DNA from: Promethearchaeota archaeon | Lineage (GTDB): Archaea; Asgardarchaeota; Lokiarchaeia; Sigyniarchaeales; SOKP01 | DNA length: 64,000 nt | Assembly: GCA_016840085.1 (NCBI GenBank) | Contig: JAEOTA010000081.1 | Coordinates: 32,001-96,000 of the forward strand | Direction: 5' to 3' | Shown: positions 49,510-60,410 of the stretch, piece by piece | How the letters are laid out: every line of letters begins with the position of its first letter | Position numbering within the stretch: position 1 is the first letter of the stretch | Notes under the pieces: model-generated | Seen by the model: only the letters and a program-made list of their open reading frames with translations | Told to the model about the DNA's origin: nothing | Databases searched by the model: none | Translations under genes and position numbers: made by a program

Positions 49510-51206
49510 ATTAATCTTTCAGCAAATTCAATATCTTTCTTATTATGAATCTCAATCCAACCTTTATGTACTTCCAAAATGTCTACTTGAAAACCTCTAT
49601 CTATTACTTCTTGTATAAGATCAACAAATGATGCTTTTTCAAATGAATCTGCTTCATGGAAATTTCCTTTGTGATTCATTTTGCAATCATTATATATCCT
49701 TCTGATTATCTCGACCCCATATTCTGAGAAGTAAGCTATTCCGGCAAATTCATAATCCGCCATGTCTTTATTAATACTCCTTCCTATTCTGAAAATCTTG
49801 TTCTTTATTTGATATAAATCTCTGGTTTGTTCACTTGGCTTACTTTTTGTAAGAACAAGTTCAAGAATTTTATCAATTTTATGCTTGTGATAAGTGTAAG
49901 AATTATCCAATACCAATATAATATCTCCTTTTGAATTGAGCAGGTTTTTTATTATTTGTTCATTAAACAATATATCAGAGTAAATAAAAATAAACCCTCC
50001 TCCCATATCCCATTCAGCTTTAAAGAGAGAATGTAAGATGTAATACTCATCATATTCATCATTATCAATGTATTTTATACCATCAACTGTAAATTCCTCT
50101 TTTTTATAACCTCTAATAACAATTATATCGTTAATACCACAATTTTTTAATGTCTCTATTTGTCTTTGGAGAACAGGCTTACTTTTTAAAAGCGTCATCC
50201 CCTTCGGAATATTAAACTCAGGATCACTTCCAGCAGCAGGGATAATTACTTTTATAGGACTTTTAATATATTTTAAATCTTTTTCTTTTACATCCAAAAA
50301 ACCAACATCTTTAAAAACGGTTTTAACTGGGCTGCACATAGATTCTGCTTCAAATGCCCTTTTATTCCTTAAAATTATTGAAGCAGTTTCCTTCATAGCT
50401 TTATGAGCAGCTCGTAAAAGATGATTAGCATATATTACTATATTAAATCCATGCTCTATTAGTTCTTCCTCTGTAATAGTATTATAAGTGGTAGGGACAC
50501 ATACTAAAGGTTTTCTAAATCCTAATTCTTTTGTTAATTTTTCATATTCTATAGCAAAATTAAGGATTTCTTTAGGATCTCTCTGTTTAGAATGAATCAT
50601 TATTCCATCTGCACCTGCTAATAAATATTTCTTAGCTCTATAAATAGCATCTCTTAATCCTGAACCTGCTATCAAGCTTTCAATACGTGCTATAATCATA
50701 AAATCATCAGAAATTTGAACTTCCTTCCCTCTTTTAATTTTTGTAGCAAATATATCCGGATCTGCTTGATCTTGGATTGTACCCCCTTCAAGGCTATTTC
50801 TTTTAGGGAATTTCTTATCCTCAATAATAACCATTGAAACGCCCATGTCTTCTAATGCTCGAATAAAATATTCGAAATTTGCAGCTTCTCCACCAGTGTC
50901 TCCATCAATTATTATTGGTTTATTTGAGCTATTTAGAATTTGTCTAATTGTTTCATATCGAGATTCAGCACCTACAAGCTCAATATCTGGATATCCTTTA
51001 GCAGCACTATCTGTAAAACTACTAGCCCAAAATCCATCAAACTCACGAATTTCATCTTTGTAGTGTTCTTTTATATTATTAGCGATAATTGCACTTAATC
51101 CGTTATGAGCTTCTATAATTCTAATAAAACTTTTTTTTTCAAGTAAATCTTTTAGCATTCTTCTTCTTACATTTGGTAAGATTCTACTTGTTAGCTTGAA
51201 TTCCAT
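49506..51206 (-). CDS. pepM: Phosphoenolpyruvate mutase fused to a C-terminal NTP-transferase (cytidylyltransferase) domain
   Basis: EAHNGLSA, DGDTGG, diagnostic EDKKFPKRNS, ARIESLI, VPTTY, IYANH; start moved to ATG 51206 after SD GGTGA. Confidence 0.95.
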   Translation of the reverse strand: MEFKLTSRILPNVRRRMLKDLLEKKSFIRIIEAHNGLSAIIANNIKEHYKDEIREFDGFWASSFTDSAAKGYPDIELVGAESRYETIRQILNSSNKPIIIDGDTGGEAANFEYFIRALEDMGVSMVIIEDKKFPKRNSLEGGTIQDQADPDIFATKIKRGKEVQISDDFMIIARIESLIAGSGLRDAIYRAKKYLLAGADGIMIHSKQRDPKEILNFAIEYEKLTKELGFRKPLVCVPTTYNTITEEELIEHGFNIVIYANHLLRAAHKAMKETASIILRNKRAFEAESMCSPVKTVFKDVGFLDVKEKDLKYIKSPIKVIIPAAGSDPEFNIPKGMTLLKSKPVLQRQIETLKNCGINDIIVIRGYKKEEFTVDGIKYIDNDEYDEYYILHSLFKAEWDMGGGFIFIYSDILFNEQIIKNLLNSKGDIILVLDNSYTYHKHKIDKILELVLTKSKPSEQTRDLYQIKNKIFRIGRSINKDMADYEFAGIAYFSEYGVEIIRRIYNDCKMNHKGNFHEADSFEKASFVDLIQEVIDRGFQVDILEVHKGWIEIHNKKDIEFAERLI

Positions 51207-51405
51207 AATCACCACTTATAAGTCCAGATAAAAAATTATTTTAAATATTCTCTTATATTTTCTAATTAACTTGCTTGATGTCTATTACTAATTAAAGATT
51301 AGAATTTATACAATTATCTTAGTAAATTAAGATTAATTAGGTTTTTCTTTTAATATATTATTTAAAATGTGGAAATGAGAAAAAAATTATTAATAATTTT
51401 ATGTG

Positions 51406-52719
51406 TTATAAATATTCCTTTCTCTCTGGCATACTTTTCCAATCAACTAAAAGAACTAAACCACCTACTAGAGCCACAATTATCCAAAGCATAAAAGCAG
51501 CTCCAGAACCTGCCGTATCAATGAGAACACCTGAAGTAAAAGTTGTAATTGCTGCGCCAATATATCCCCACCCATCAATAAACCCCGTGGCGGCAGATGC
51601 TGCTTTTCTTGTACCAAATTCCATTGGTATTGTAGAAACTAATAGAGCGTGGGGAGCAAAGTTTAAAAAACCAATTAAAATCAATACTGGAATCCCAAAA
51701 ACCATATCAAGTGGAGGAAGCAATGTATATATAACTAATGTCAAGGATAATGCTATAAAAAGAAGTGAAATAACAGGAATTCTTCTTTTATTGAGAAATT
51801 TATCTGAAAACCAAGCACCGATAATAACCCCAATTACTCCCCCAATTGGGTAAAAAATTGATTTCCATATAACAAAATATTCCGCACCTGTTATTTCAGG
51901 GCTTAATAAATATGGGAGCCAATCTGTTAAACCATATCTAACCATATTTAAACAAAATAACCCAAAGGAAGCAAAAAGAACCGTTTTTGTTTTAATAATT
52001 GTGCCAACTGTGTATTTAAAGCCTAGAAATTCATCATCATGACATTCACCCATTACAATTTTACCCTCACATTCCTCCTCAAGAGTTGGGAAACCAACCT
52101 CTTCAGGAGCATTTCTACTACGAATGTAAAAATGAATCGCCATGAAAAACATGATAAATCCTGGAATAATAAATGAAAATCTCCAATTTAGCCCAAAAGT
52201 ACCAGTAATAAGTATTGCAATTAGCCATGCTATAACACCTCCAAATAAATATGATGTAGCAAGTCTACTTGACCATTTCCCTCTTTCGTCTGGAGGATAC
52301 CAATTGGCAATGGTTTTTACAGAAGGAGCCCATCCCATTGCTTGAAAATATCCATTTAATCCCCAAAGCAGAAATGCCAACCAAATGAATTCAAATGCAA
52401 CCCCCATAAATAAATTTATAATAGAAGATGCAATTAGACCCAAAGTTATAAAACGTCTCGCGCCAATTTTATCACCTAAAAACCCATTAAAAAATTGTCC
52501 AAAAGCATATGCTAAGAAAAAACAAGTCCCTACAAATCCCATAATAGTTGCGGAGATTCCATACTCCGACATGAGATATGGTTTTGCTATAGACAAATTT
52601 GTACGACCTATATAATAAATCATATAGGTAATCCACACCGTAAAAAATATTCGATTTCGCCAACGTTTAAATGCTTGTTTTGTTTCAATCTCACTGTTTA
52701 AACTTAATTTTTCATCCAT
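51406..52719 (-). CDS. MFS organophosphate:Pi antiporter family (GlpT/UhpC-like)
   Basis: Y.IYYIGRTN, AYAFGQF.NG.LGD, LNGYFQAMGW, NWYP..ERG, PEEVG, TGFIDGWGYIG. Confidence 0.9.
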   Translation of the reverse strand: MDEKLSLNSEIETKQAFKRWRNRIFFTVWITYMIYYIGRTNLSIAKPYLMSEYGISATIMGFVGTCFFLAYAFGQFFNGFLGDKIGARRFITLGLIASSIINLFMGVAFEFIWLAFLLWGLNGYFQAMGWAPSVKTIANWYPPDERGKWSSRLATSYLFGGVIAWLIAILITGTFGLNWRFSFIIPGFIMFFMAIHFYIRSRNAPEEVGFPTLEEECEGKIVMGECHDDEFLGFKYTVGTIIKTKTVLFASFGLFCLNMVRYGLTDWLPYLLSPEITGAEYFVIWKSIFYPIGGVIGVIIGAWFSDKFLNKRRIPVISLLFIALSLTLVIYTLLPPLDMVFGIPVLILIGFLNFAPHALLVSTIPMEFGTRKAASAATGFIDGWGYIGAAITTFTSGVLIDTAGSGAAFMLWIIVALVGGLVLLVDWKSMPERKEYL

Positions 52720-52749
52720 ATTTTTAATACCTCTTCTTAATTAAAAGTT

Positions 52750-53514
52750 TTATATTTTTCCTTCTTTTATTAATTGTTTTGCATATTCATAATCTTCGTC
52801 AGTATCCAATTCAACCCATCCTCCCTCAATATCTACTGAATAGATAGAATATCCCCTAATAATAAGTTCCTCAAACATATCTGTTAAATAAGCTTTTTCA
52901 ATCGTAGTAGAATCATGGAAGCGTCCTGTAAACTTACAGGTTTTATTATTTTTTGCCCGATTGTAATTCCGGGTAAAAATCTCTGCTCCTTTTTTAGAAA
53001 TTTTTCCAAGGCCTATAAATTCTCCATAAGCAACATTGGGATTATAAAATTTAGAAAGGTGAGTTATTTTACCTTCTTTTACTAGAACTAATTCAGCTTC
53101 ATCTGTAGGATGCTTTGTACGTCCCTCATATCTTTCTCTCCAAGCTGTATCTACTACAAGGCTAAAATCATGAGCGGAATCAAGTAGTTTTTGAACAACT
53201 TCTTTGCTATAAAGGATATCTGAATATGTGAATATGAATTCATCAATCATCTCTGGCTCAGCGTAAAAAAGTGATTCTAAAATATTATTGTTATAAAAAT
53301 TATCATTATCATAATACCTAATATTTGGAAGATTAATTGTTTCTTTCTGATATCCTCGAATAATGACAATATCATTAATACCACAACTATAAAGAACCTC
53401 TAAAGTCCTATCAAGAATTGTTTTTCCTTCTATTTCTAGTAGACATTTAGGTTTGTAGTCTGTAAAGGGTCTTAATCTAGTACTAGGCCCTGCTGCTATA
53501 ATAATAGCTTTCAT
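52750..53514 (-). CDS. Phosphocholine/phosphonyl cytidylyltransferase (LicC/PntC-like)
   Basis: IAAGPSTRL.P.T..KPKCL, NNILESL, YSDI, GEFIGL, W.ELDT.EDY. Confidence 0.87.
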   Translation of the reverse strand: MKAIIIAAGPSTRLRPFTDYKPKCLLEIEGKTILDRTLEVLYSCGINDIVIIRGYQKETINLPNIRYYDNDNFYNNNILESLFYAEPEMIDEFIFTYSDILYSKEVVQKLLDSAHDFSLVVDTAWRERYEGRTKHPTDEAELVLVKEGKITHLSKFYNPNVAYGEFIGLGKISKKGAEIFTRNYNRAKNNKTCKFTGRFHDSTTIEKAYLTDMFEELIIRGYSIYSVDIEGGWVELDTDEDYEYAKQLIKEGKI

Positions 53515-53683
53515 ACTTGAATACCTATTTTAAACATTTAATTCTAAGTAAAATATAAAATACAAAATATTTGTATAAAAAATTAATTATTCAATTAAAT
53601 CCTTTTGAAATTATTTATAATCTGCCTTCAAATTAGTTTTAAGAGATGGTATAAATAAATTACTTCTTGTTAAGAATTTTAAA

Positions 53684-55189
53684 TTAAGGATAATGTTTTC
53701 TTACATATTTATTAAAATAAAGAGGAAAGTATAAAATCCATACAACTATTTCTTTCCATCTTTGGGACAATTGTTTTCTTCGGGCTATAATTGACCGTAT
53801 TACAAACTTTAAATATCCGGTATTTTTAATCTGATTAGATACATCATTTAATTCTGTGTCTAAGATAATGAAACGTTTAGTGAACTTTTTATACCTACGG
53901 AACAACTTTTTTAATCCATAACCAGTTAATCTATTAAAAATTAGAATTGTAATGAACTTTTGATTTTTAGATGAATAAAAATTTTTAGTTTCAGATGGGT
54001 TTATCATAGAATTATTGATTTTAAGCTTTTCTCGAAGAAATTTCACTAATTGGGGTGGAAATTGATAAGGAATTAAGACATTCTCAAATTTCAATGTGGT
54101 TAAAATGCTTTGTTCATAGAGTGTATTCAAAATGGATTGAAACGTCCTGTAAGCTTTTGATTCTGTCTTTTTATAAAATTGAAATAATTCATCATATATG
54201 ATTGGATATTTTTCCTTTACATCTTTTTTCTCCAGATAATCTTCATACAAATTGTATAAGGCAAACTTTCCATTGTCATTAACTAATTTCCAATTATCCT
54301 GAATTATCATTGTTTTTTTGATAGATTGAAACATTAAGTAACAATCTCCTCTAACTTTTCTGTTCTTATTAACATCAACACCTTTTTCGATTAAATCTTT
54401 AAATGATTTTGATTCTCTCTCATGCGTAGCTTCAAGATTTAGATAATCAAGAATAGTTTCTATAATGTCTATTAAATAAACTCTATTTTTGATTCTTTTA
54501 GGAGGAGAATTCGTCAGAATTAATGGCAACTTGATAAAAAAAACTGGTTGCATAGAAGATTGATGTATATCATCAAAATGTAATAATTTAGTTTTTTTAT
54601 ATAAATTCTTATCATAATAACCATGGTCAGAGTTGATAATGATAATAGAATTATCCCAATAATCTTTCTTTTTTAAATAATCTATTATTTTGCTTAAAAA
54701 TAAATCAGTTTGAGGGTCACTTGGTCTAAAAAATACAAAAAGGAAATTGTTTTTATAACGGTTAAGTTCCTCAACCTTTTTGATAAATAAGTGATATACT
54801 TCCATCGCATTTAACCAGTGATCTCCTTTATGCAGGTCCTCTTCATAATATGGATTGAGAATTTCTTCAAAAACTATTACTTGCTCTCTTCCAAACAATA
54901 TTGATTCAATATTATAATCTTCTTTTCTTAAAGGAGCAATATTATTTTTAGATTTTAAACTTGGAAGGTTTTTGATTGAACGAAAATAGTCAGGAAATAC
55001 AAAATAGGGGAATCTTCCGGTTAGAAATGAAAAGAGCGATAAGTTTGTTGAGGAAAATTGAGAAATACAATCTTCAAAATAAAAACCTTCATTACAATCT
55101 CTTAGTTTTTTATATATTGGAAGCAACCCATGTAGATCAGATCTTTCATAATTGCAGATTGAATCAGTGACTATCCAAAAAATATTCAT
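53684..55189 (-). CDS. Alkaline phosphatase/sulfatase superfamily protein
   Basis: NIFWIVTDS, SST..S..S.LTG, IIINSDHG, DIIETILD; start moved to ATG 55189 after SD AGGTG. Confidence 0.75.
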   Translation of the reverse strand: MNIFWIVTDSICNYERSDLHGLLPIYKKLRDCNEGFYFEDCISQFSSTNLSLFSFLTGRFPYFVFPDYFRSIKNLPSLKSKNNIAPLRKEDYNIESILFGREQVIVFEEILNPYYEEDLHKGDHWLNAMEVYHLFIKKVEELNRYKNNFLFVFFRPSDPQTDLFLSKIIDYLKKKDYWDNSIIIINSDHGYYDKNLYKKTKLLHFDDIHQSSMQPVFFIKLPLILTNSPPKRIKNRVYLIDIIETILDYLNLEATHERESKSFKDLIEKGVDVNKNRKVRGDCYLMFQSIKKTMIIQDNWKLVNDNGKFALYNLYEDYLEKKDVKEKYPIIYDELFQFYKKTESKAYRTFQSILNTLYEQSILTTLKFENVLIPYQFPPQLVKFLREKLKINNSMINPSETKNFYSSKNQKFITILIFNRLTGYGLKKLFRRYKKFTKRFIILDTELNDVSNQIKNTGYLKFVIRSIIARRKQLSQRWKEIVVWILYFPLYFNKYVRKHYP

Positions 55190-55330
55190 TGGGACACCTT
55201 TTTTTAATATCAATTTTAATGTTTTTAATTATTTGAGTATAAATGCATTCAATGATTAATTAAATGATAAAAATTTATTGCATTATACTTAACTCTTAAA
55301 ACTATTATTCTAACTTAATTACTCACCATT

Positions 55331-56443
55331 CTATTGTTGCAAACATTTTTTATATGTATCTAAAACAGTTTGTGCGCTCTCTTTCCAGGAAAATTTCTTG
55401 ACTCTTTCAAGACCCTTATCTATTAGATTATTCCGTAAATTTTTATCACTAATTATCTGAAAAATTTTATTCGCAAGTTCATTTGGATCCCTATTATCAT
55501 TTAAAATTAGGGCAGCATCTCCTACAACTTCTGGAATAGCAAAAGCATTTGATGTAATAACTGGGCAACCACAAGCCATAGCTTCTATATTGGGTATACC
55601 AAATCCTTCGAAAAATGATGGAAATACAAAAACTTCGGCTAAATTTAAAAGCTCAATAATTTCTTCTCGAGAAATAAAGCCTGTAAAAATGATATCTTTA
55701 AGTATATTCTTTTTTTTTGCAAATTCAACTACTTTTTGATTTTTCCATCCTTTCCCTCCCAAGACAAATTTTAGATCTATTTTTTTTTCTTTTAGAATTT
55801 GAAATGCATTTAGCATTATCCAAGGGTTTTTTCTCACAGAATATTTACTCAAATGAAAAATAAAAGGTTTATCTATTCTAAACTTTTTTTTAGCTTTTAT
55901 TGGATTATCTTTATATTTTTTGAAATCCTTGTCTACAGAGCTATGAGTAAAAAAGATTTTATCTTTTTTCACATGGTATTGATTAGTAATAAAAAATTTA
56001 CCTGCTTTTGAACCCACAAATATGTAATCCATTTTTCGAATATAAAATGGCTTAATAATTCTTGTGTGCAACACTTTAATTTTAGAATATTGATATGGAA
56101 AATAGAATTGCGCTGCTCCTCCTCCATGGATTGAAGTAATTTTTTTTGGTTTTCTTAACCAAATAGGAGAAAATATAGTTATAGGGTAAAAATGAAGAAT
56201 ATCAAATTTTTCCTTTATAAGCTTAATTGTTGCTAATAATGGATTTTTAGAAATAATAAGTTGATCTGCTTTTTTATAAATTTCATTATTATTTCTCGAG
56301 TAATGTATAAGTACAATATGAAATCTATCATTAATATTTAAAATATTATTAACTAACTGTCTTAAATAACTACCACTTCCACTTGTTCCTTGATCTATTG
56401 GTTTTGTAAAAATCCCTACTTTTGGTCGGTTATTTGATTTCAA
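55331..56443 (-). CDS. Glycosyltransferase family 4
   Basis: RKN, FVFPSFFEGFGIPNIEAMACGCPVITS, FSW. Confidence 0.93.
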   Translation of the reverse strand: MKSNNRPKVGIFTKPIDQGTSGSGSYLRQLVNNILNINDRFHIVLIHYSRNNNEIYKKADQLIISKNPLLATIKLIKEKFDILHFYPITIFSPIWLRKPKKITSIHGGGAAQFYFPYQYSKIKVLHTRIIKPFYIRKMDYIFVGSKAGKFFITNQYHVKKDKIFFTHSSVDKDFKKYKDNPIKAKKKFRIDKPFIFHLSKYSVRKNPWIMLNAFQILKEKKIDLKFVLGGKGWKNQKVVEFAKKKNILKDIIFTGFISREEIIELLNLAEVFVFPSFFEGFGIPNIEAMACGCPVITSNAFAIPEVVGDAALILNDNRDPNELANKIFQIISDKNLRNNLIDKGLERVKKFSWKESAQTVLDTYKKCLQQ

Positions 56444-56472
56444 CTTTATTTTAACATTTCTTCGATTCGTAA

Positions 56473-57279
56473 TTAATCATATTTATTCGTAGATTGAAAA
56501 ATCTTGATAATATCCTTTTCAAAAGTTTTAGCTTTAATAATTATAAATGATGAAAATACAATAAACATAAAAATAGTGTAAACTATCATAATAATTTCTA
56601 ATATCTGTAAATAACCAAAATTCATATATAATAAGAAGCCAATGAAAAATACTGTTATAATGATATAAGGATGACTAAAAGCATTAACAAGATTAATAAT
56701 TAAACCTTTTATAAATTTAATAATACCTTTTTTTGACGATTTAAATTCGTTACTTTCTATTTTTCGATTAATAATATTTCTGATTTCACTCTTAGTAGAC
56801 GCTATCATGGCTATCTTACGGATTATTCTTATTCCTAATAAGAAGTAAGATGCTATTGCTCCTAAAATTATGTATAGAAATTTTGTATTGATATTATAAA
56901 TGCTATAACCAAGAGCAAAGAAAAATAATCCCAGAAAGATTAAATGTCCAATCTCATCGTAATAAATTCCTCGCAATGAAATTTGTTTTTTATATCTTGC
57001 AATCTCCCCGTCTACTTCATCAGAGATATAATATAGATATAATAATATAAATCCAAGGATAATAAAAAAGTTGTTACCTACCCCAATCAATAATAATCCT
57101 ATTAAACCAATTATAATACCGAAAACTGTAACAAAATTTGCAGTAATTGGGGTTTTTACTAATATCCAGGTGATATAAGGAGAGATAAAGTGAGGAAGAG
57201 AGTGCCACCAAGCTTTTTTTCTTTTTGTTCTTTCTAATTTTTTTCCCTGACAGATCTTTTTGAATTCTTTAAATTTCAT
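56473..57279 (-). CDS. CDP-alcohol phosphotransferase family protein
   Basis: ITANFVT, DEVDGEIAR......RGIYYD. Confidence 0.9.
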   Translation of the reverse strand: MKFKEFKKICQGKKLERTKRKKAWWHSLPHFISPYITWILVKTPITANFVTVFGIIIGLIGLLLIGVGNNFFIILGFILLYLYYISDEVDGEIARYKKQISLRGIYYDEIGHLIFLGLFFFALGYSIYNINTKFLYIILGAIASYFLLGIRIIRKIAMIASTKSEIRNIINRKIESNEFKSSKKGIIKFIKGLIINLVNAFSHPYIIITVFFIGFLLYMNFGYLQILEIIMIVYTIFMFIVFSSFIIIKAKTFEKDIIKIFQSTNKYD

Positions 57280-57432
57280 CTCGCATTTTAAAAGTATTTT
57301 AATTTATAATATACTCACAAATTTTTCGAAAAATAAATTATTTATCAAAATCTTCAAATCATAAATTTAATTTGAAACTCATTATTTTTTTTTAAAATGA
57401 ATTAAAAATTTCAGAGATTTTTTACTTTTAAT

Positions 57433-57582
57433 ATGAAAGCTGAAAATATTGAGAAACAGCTATCTAAAGATAATACAGAGTACAAAAATTTAGCTACTAA
57501 TACATTTTACTCGATTTTAAAGAATTTCTGCAAGTATATAAAAACTTTTTTAGGAAGTTTAAATTACCAACACCAGAAATAA
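57433..57582 (+). pseudogene. Truncated paralog of the flippase N-terminus
   Basis: KDNTEYKNLATNTFYS matches RDNTEYRNLATNTFFS of 58724; similar upstream motif. Confidence 0.65.
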
Positions 57583-57626
57583 AATCATTATGTAAAATAT
57601 TTTAATTCTTTATATATAGGTTAAAA

Positions 57627-58295
57627 ATGAATAATAGAGTTTTTATTTTGTGCGCAGGAGAATCCACCAGATTTGGTGGCAAAGCAAAGCAATTGATTAA
57701 AATAGATGGGGAAGAAATTTTAAGACGAATAATAAGAGTTTTAAAGCATTATGAAAGCATTAGCGAAATTTTTATTATAACCCATCGTGATGATATTAGA
57801 AACAATATAAAAGAATTAAATGACAATAAAATACACTTTATAAACCCATCAAAAAGGAGATATACGCTTGAGTCGATGCTATCCACCCAAGATGAATGGG
57901 TTGATAGAAATATTATTTTACTTGGAGATGTTATATTTTCTAAAAATGGTTTAGAAAAAATATTAAATTCTAAGAAAGATTTTTGCTTTTTTGGAAGAAC
58001 CAAGCCTTATAAATATACCTTTAAAATAGAACAGGAGATCTATGGCATAATAATCCCCTTTAGCGAAAAAGAAAGAAGAATAAAAGATTCTCTTGAAGCA
58101 ATAGAAAATTCTACGGGAAAAAATAAAGGAAAGCTAAATAGTCTTTTTTTCTATTTAGAAAAACAAGAGAAAAGCAAAAGGTTTTTTCGTGAAATAAATT
58201 GGGTTGAAATTAACGATACAACTGAAGATATTGATTCTAAAGAAGACTTAGAACAATTTAAGAAAAATATAATAGATAAAAATTTATTAGATTGA
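57627..58295 (+). CDS. NTP-transferase (cytidylyltransferase-like)
   Basis: LCAGESTRFGG.AKQL, LGDV, DIDSKEDL. Confidence 0.85.
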   Translation: MNNRVFILCAGESTRFGGKAKQLIKIDGEEILRRIIRVLKHYESISEIFIITHRDDIRNNIKELNDNKIHFINPSKRRYTLESMLSTQDEWVDRNIILLGDVIFSKNGLEKILNSKKDFCFFGRTKPYKYTFKIEQEIYGIIIPFSEKERRIKDSLEAIENSTGKNKGKLNSLFFYLEKQEKSKRFFREINWVEINDTTEDIDSKEDLEQFKKNIIDKNLLD

Positions 58296-58723
58296 AATTA
58301 TAAGTCCGATTTAGCAAGATTATAATATTATTTAAAATTGAAAATAAATTTTTCTTCATCACAAGAAGTGTAAATAGGTATTTTCTCATTTTCAACGTGA
58401 TAAACTTAAATTCTTCTTAAAATTTTCTTAAATCATAAAGTTAATAAAATTTGAAGGAGATTTTTTATGGATTCAGAATTGATTCCAGTACATATAGGCT
58501 GGAAAGACTCCTTTTCTACCTTTTATATAGAGCTTGCTTCTTTAGGTGTCCTCAATCATAAATTTAATTTGAAATTTTAAAAGATTACTTTATACTTAAT
58601 GAGACTTTCAAGATCAATTTCTTTAGAAAGTATTAATTTCATAAACTTAATTTGAGATTCATAATTTTCTTTTTTTAATTTAATTTCATATTACATTTCA
58701 TTCTTAAATTATAACAGAGTATC

Positions 58724-60352
58724 ATGACGAATCAGTCAGCTAGAGATAATACAGAATATAGAAATTTAGCTACAAATACATTTTTTTCCTTTATGTTTAA
58801 TTACAGTTCTCTTTTTTTTACATTCATATATTCATTTCTTTTAGCACGATTGTTTACTGACGCTTTGTGGGGGCTTCTAATATTGGCTACATCATATATC
58901 ATAATAATAGTAACCATTACCTCTTTATTACCACCAGGTCTTAATTTTGTGTTAAATTATTATATTCCAAGATATCTAATATTAAATGAAAAAGTTAAGA
59001 TAAAATCTTTAATTAGAAATTCAGTTATAGTAAAATTTTCTTTTTTAATTCCTATTTTCATTATCAGCATTCTCTTATTTAATATATTTAGCTATTTTTT
59101 TATAGATACTTTGGTATCTCTTTTTTTTATTTTATCCCCCCTCATTTTCATAAATAATTTTAACTTAATTGTTTTAGCAATAAACCGTAGCTTTAATAGA
59201 TTTAATTATAATTTCTTGTTCTTAGTATTGAAAAATTGTATTCATATTATACCTCTATTTATATTTTTTATTTATGAAATTAATATTGAAATAGAGATTG
59301 CTGCTTGGATAGTATTAATTTCAAGTATAATTCCCTTTTTGCTAAACTCTCTATTTGTATTTATAATGGTTTATAAAATTAAACCAATCGGAAATAAACC
59401 CGATTCATTTAAAAAAGATGTATCTAAAACGTTTAAATATGGTATTTATATAGGATTTACTGATCTTATCGAAAGACTTTCGAGGGAAGCACAACTTCAA
59501 GGAATTGGATTTGTAATATCACCAGATGTTGTTACAGGTTTTAATATCGCTAGAAATTACCAAAAATTAGGTGAGTATTCAATTGCATCTTTTCATTTTC
59601 CATTATTAACTTCTTTTACAAAACTGAACACAAAGGAAAATTATGAACAAATAGATATGATTTATAGAGTTGCTTATAAAATAACATTATTTCTATTGTT
59701 AATTATATCCGGAATTTTATTCTTTAGTGTTGAATTTGTTTTAGATTTTGTATTTCTTGAAGCGCGTTTAATATATTCGAATTTACTCCGTTTAATCGTA
59801 CTTGCTTCTATTTTTCAAGTTTTAGCGATTTTTGTACAAAGCCATTTCAATGCTCAACATAAAGTAAAATTATCATTATTTTTAAGAATATTCTATACTT
59901 CAATTAGTATTCCATTATTTTTTATAGGACTTTACTTTTTTGGGGTCGAAGGAGCAATATTATATGGATTAATTGTAGGGAGCATTCTTTCAATGGTTAT
60001 TCAGATTTTTGCAACCTATAAATTTGGAAACATCAAATTAAATATTAAAGGTATAATACTCCAATATATAACATTTTTTGTTCCGTTAATTATCACAATT
60101 TTCTTAAAAGAACTTATATTTAAAGATGCTACTTCAAACCTAATAGAAAATTTAGGATTATCACATTTTAAAAAATTAGACTTTCTATCTATAGGTACAT
60201 TCCTTATCCTCTTTATATTAATGAATTTAATTCTTAAAACTGTTACCTCTTCAGATATTAAATATTTTGAATCTTTCTTAAATAAAGAAAGATTTTTTGA
60301 TAAATATATGTTAAAAGGTCTGAATATCTTAAAGAGATTTACGAGAGATTAG
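58724..60352 (+). CDS. Wzx/MOP-family oligosaccharide flippase
   Basis: About 14 TM segments, LARL....WG, located in glycan cluster. Confidence 0.85.
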   Translation: MTNQSARDNTEYRNLATNTFFSFMFNYSSLFFTFIYSFLLARLFTDALWGLLILATSYIIIIVTITSLLPPGLNFVLNYYIPRYLILNEKVKIKSLIRNSVIVKFSFLIPIFIISILLFNIFSYFFIDTLVSLFFILSPLIFINNFNLIVLAINRSFNRFNYNFLFLVLKNCIHIIPLFIFFIYEINIEIEIAAWIVLISSIIPFLLNSLFVFIMVYKIKPIGNKPDSFKKDVSKTFKYGIYIGFTDLIERLSREAQLQGIGFVISPDVVTGFNIARNYQKLGEYSIASFHFPLLTSFTKLNTKENYEQIDMIYRVAYKITLFLLLIISGILFFSVEFVLDFVFLEARLIYSNLLRLIVLASIFQVLAIFVQSHFNAQHKVKLSLFLRIFYTSISIPLFFIGLYFFGVEGAILYGLIVGSILSMVIQIFATYKFGNIKLNIKGIILQYITFFVPLIITIFLKELIFKDATSNLIENLGLSHFKKLDFLSIGTFLILFILMNLILKTVTSSDIKYFESFLNKERFFDKYMLKGLNILKRFTRD

Positions 60353-60410
60353 TTATTTTAATGCAATTTAAAAATAAAAAACAACATAATTAGGATAACA
60401 CATTATATTC

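Noticed and set aside
58467-58580. 37-codon ORF with SD GAAGGAG
   Set aside because: No recognisable family; runs into the repeated motif and is probably a rearrangement remnant.
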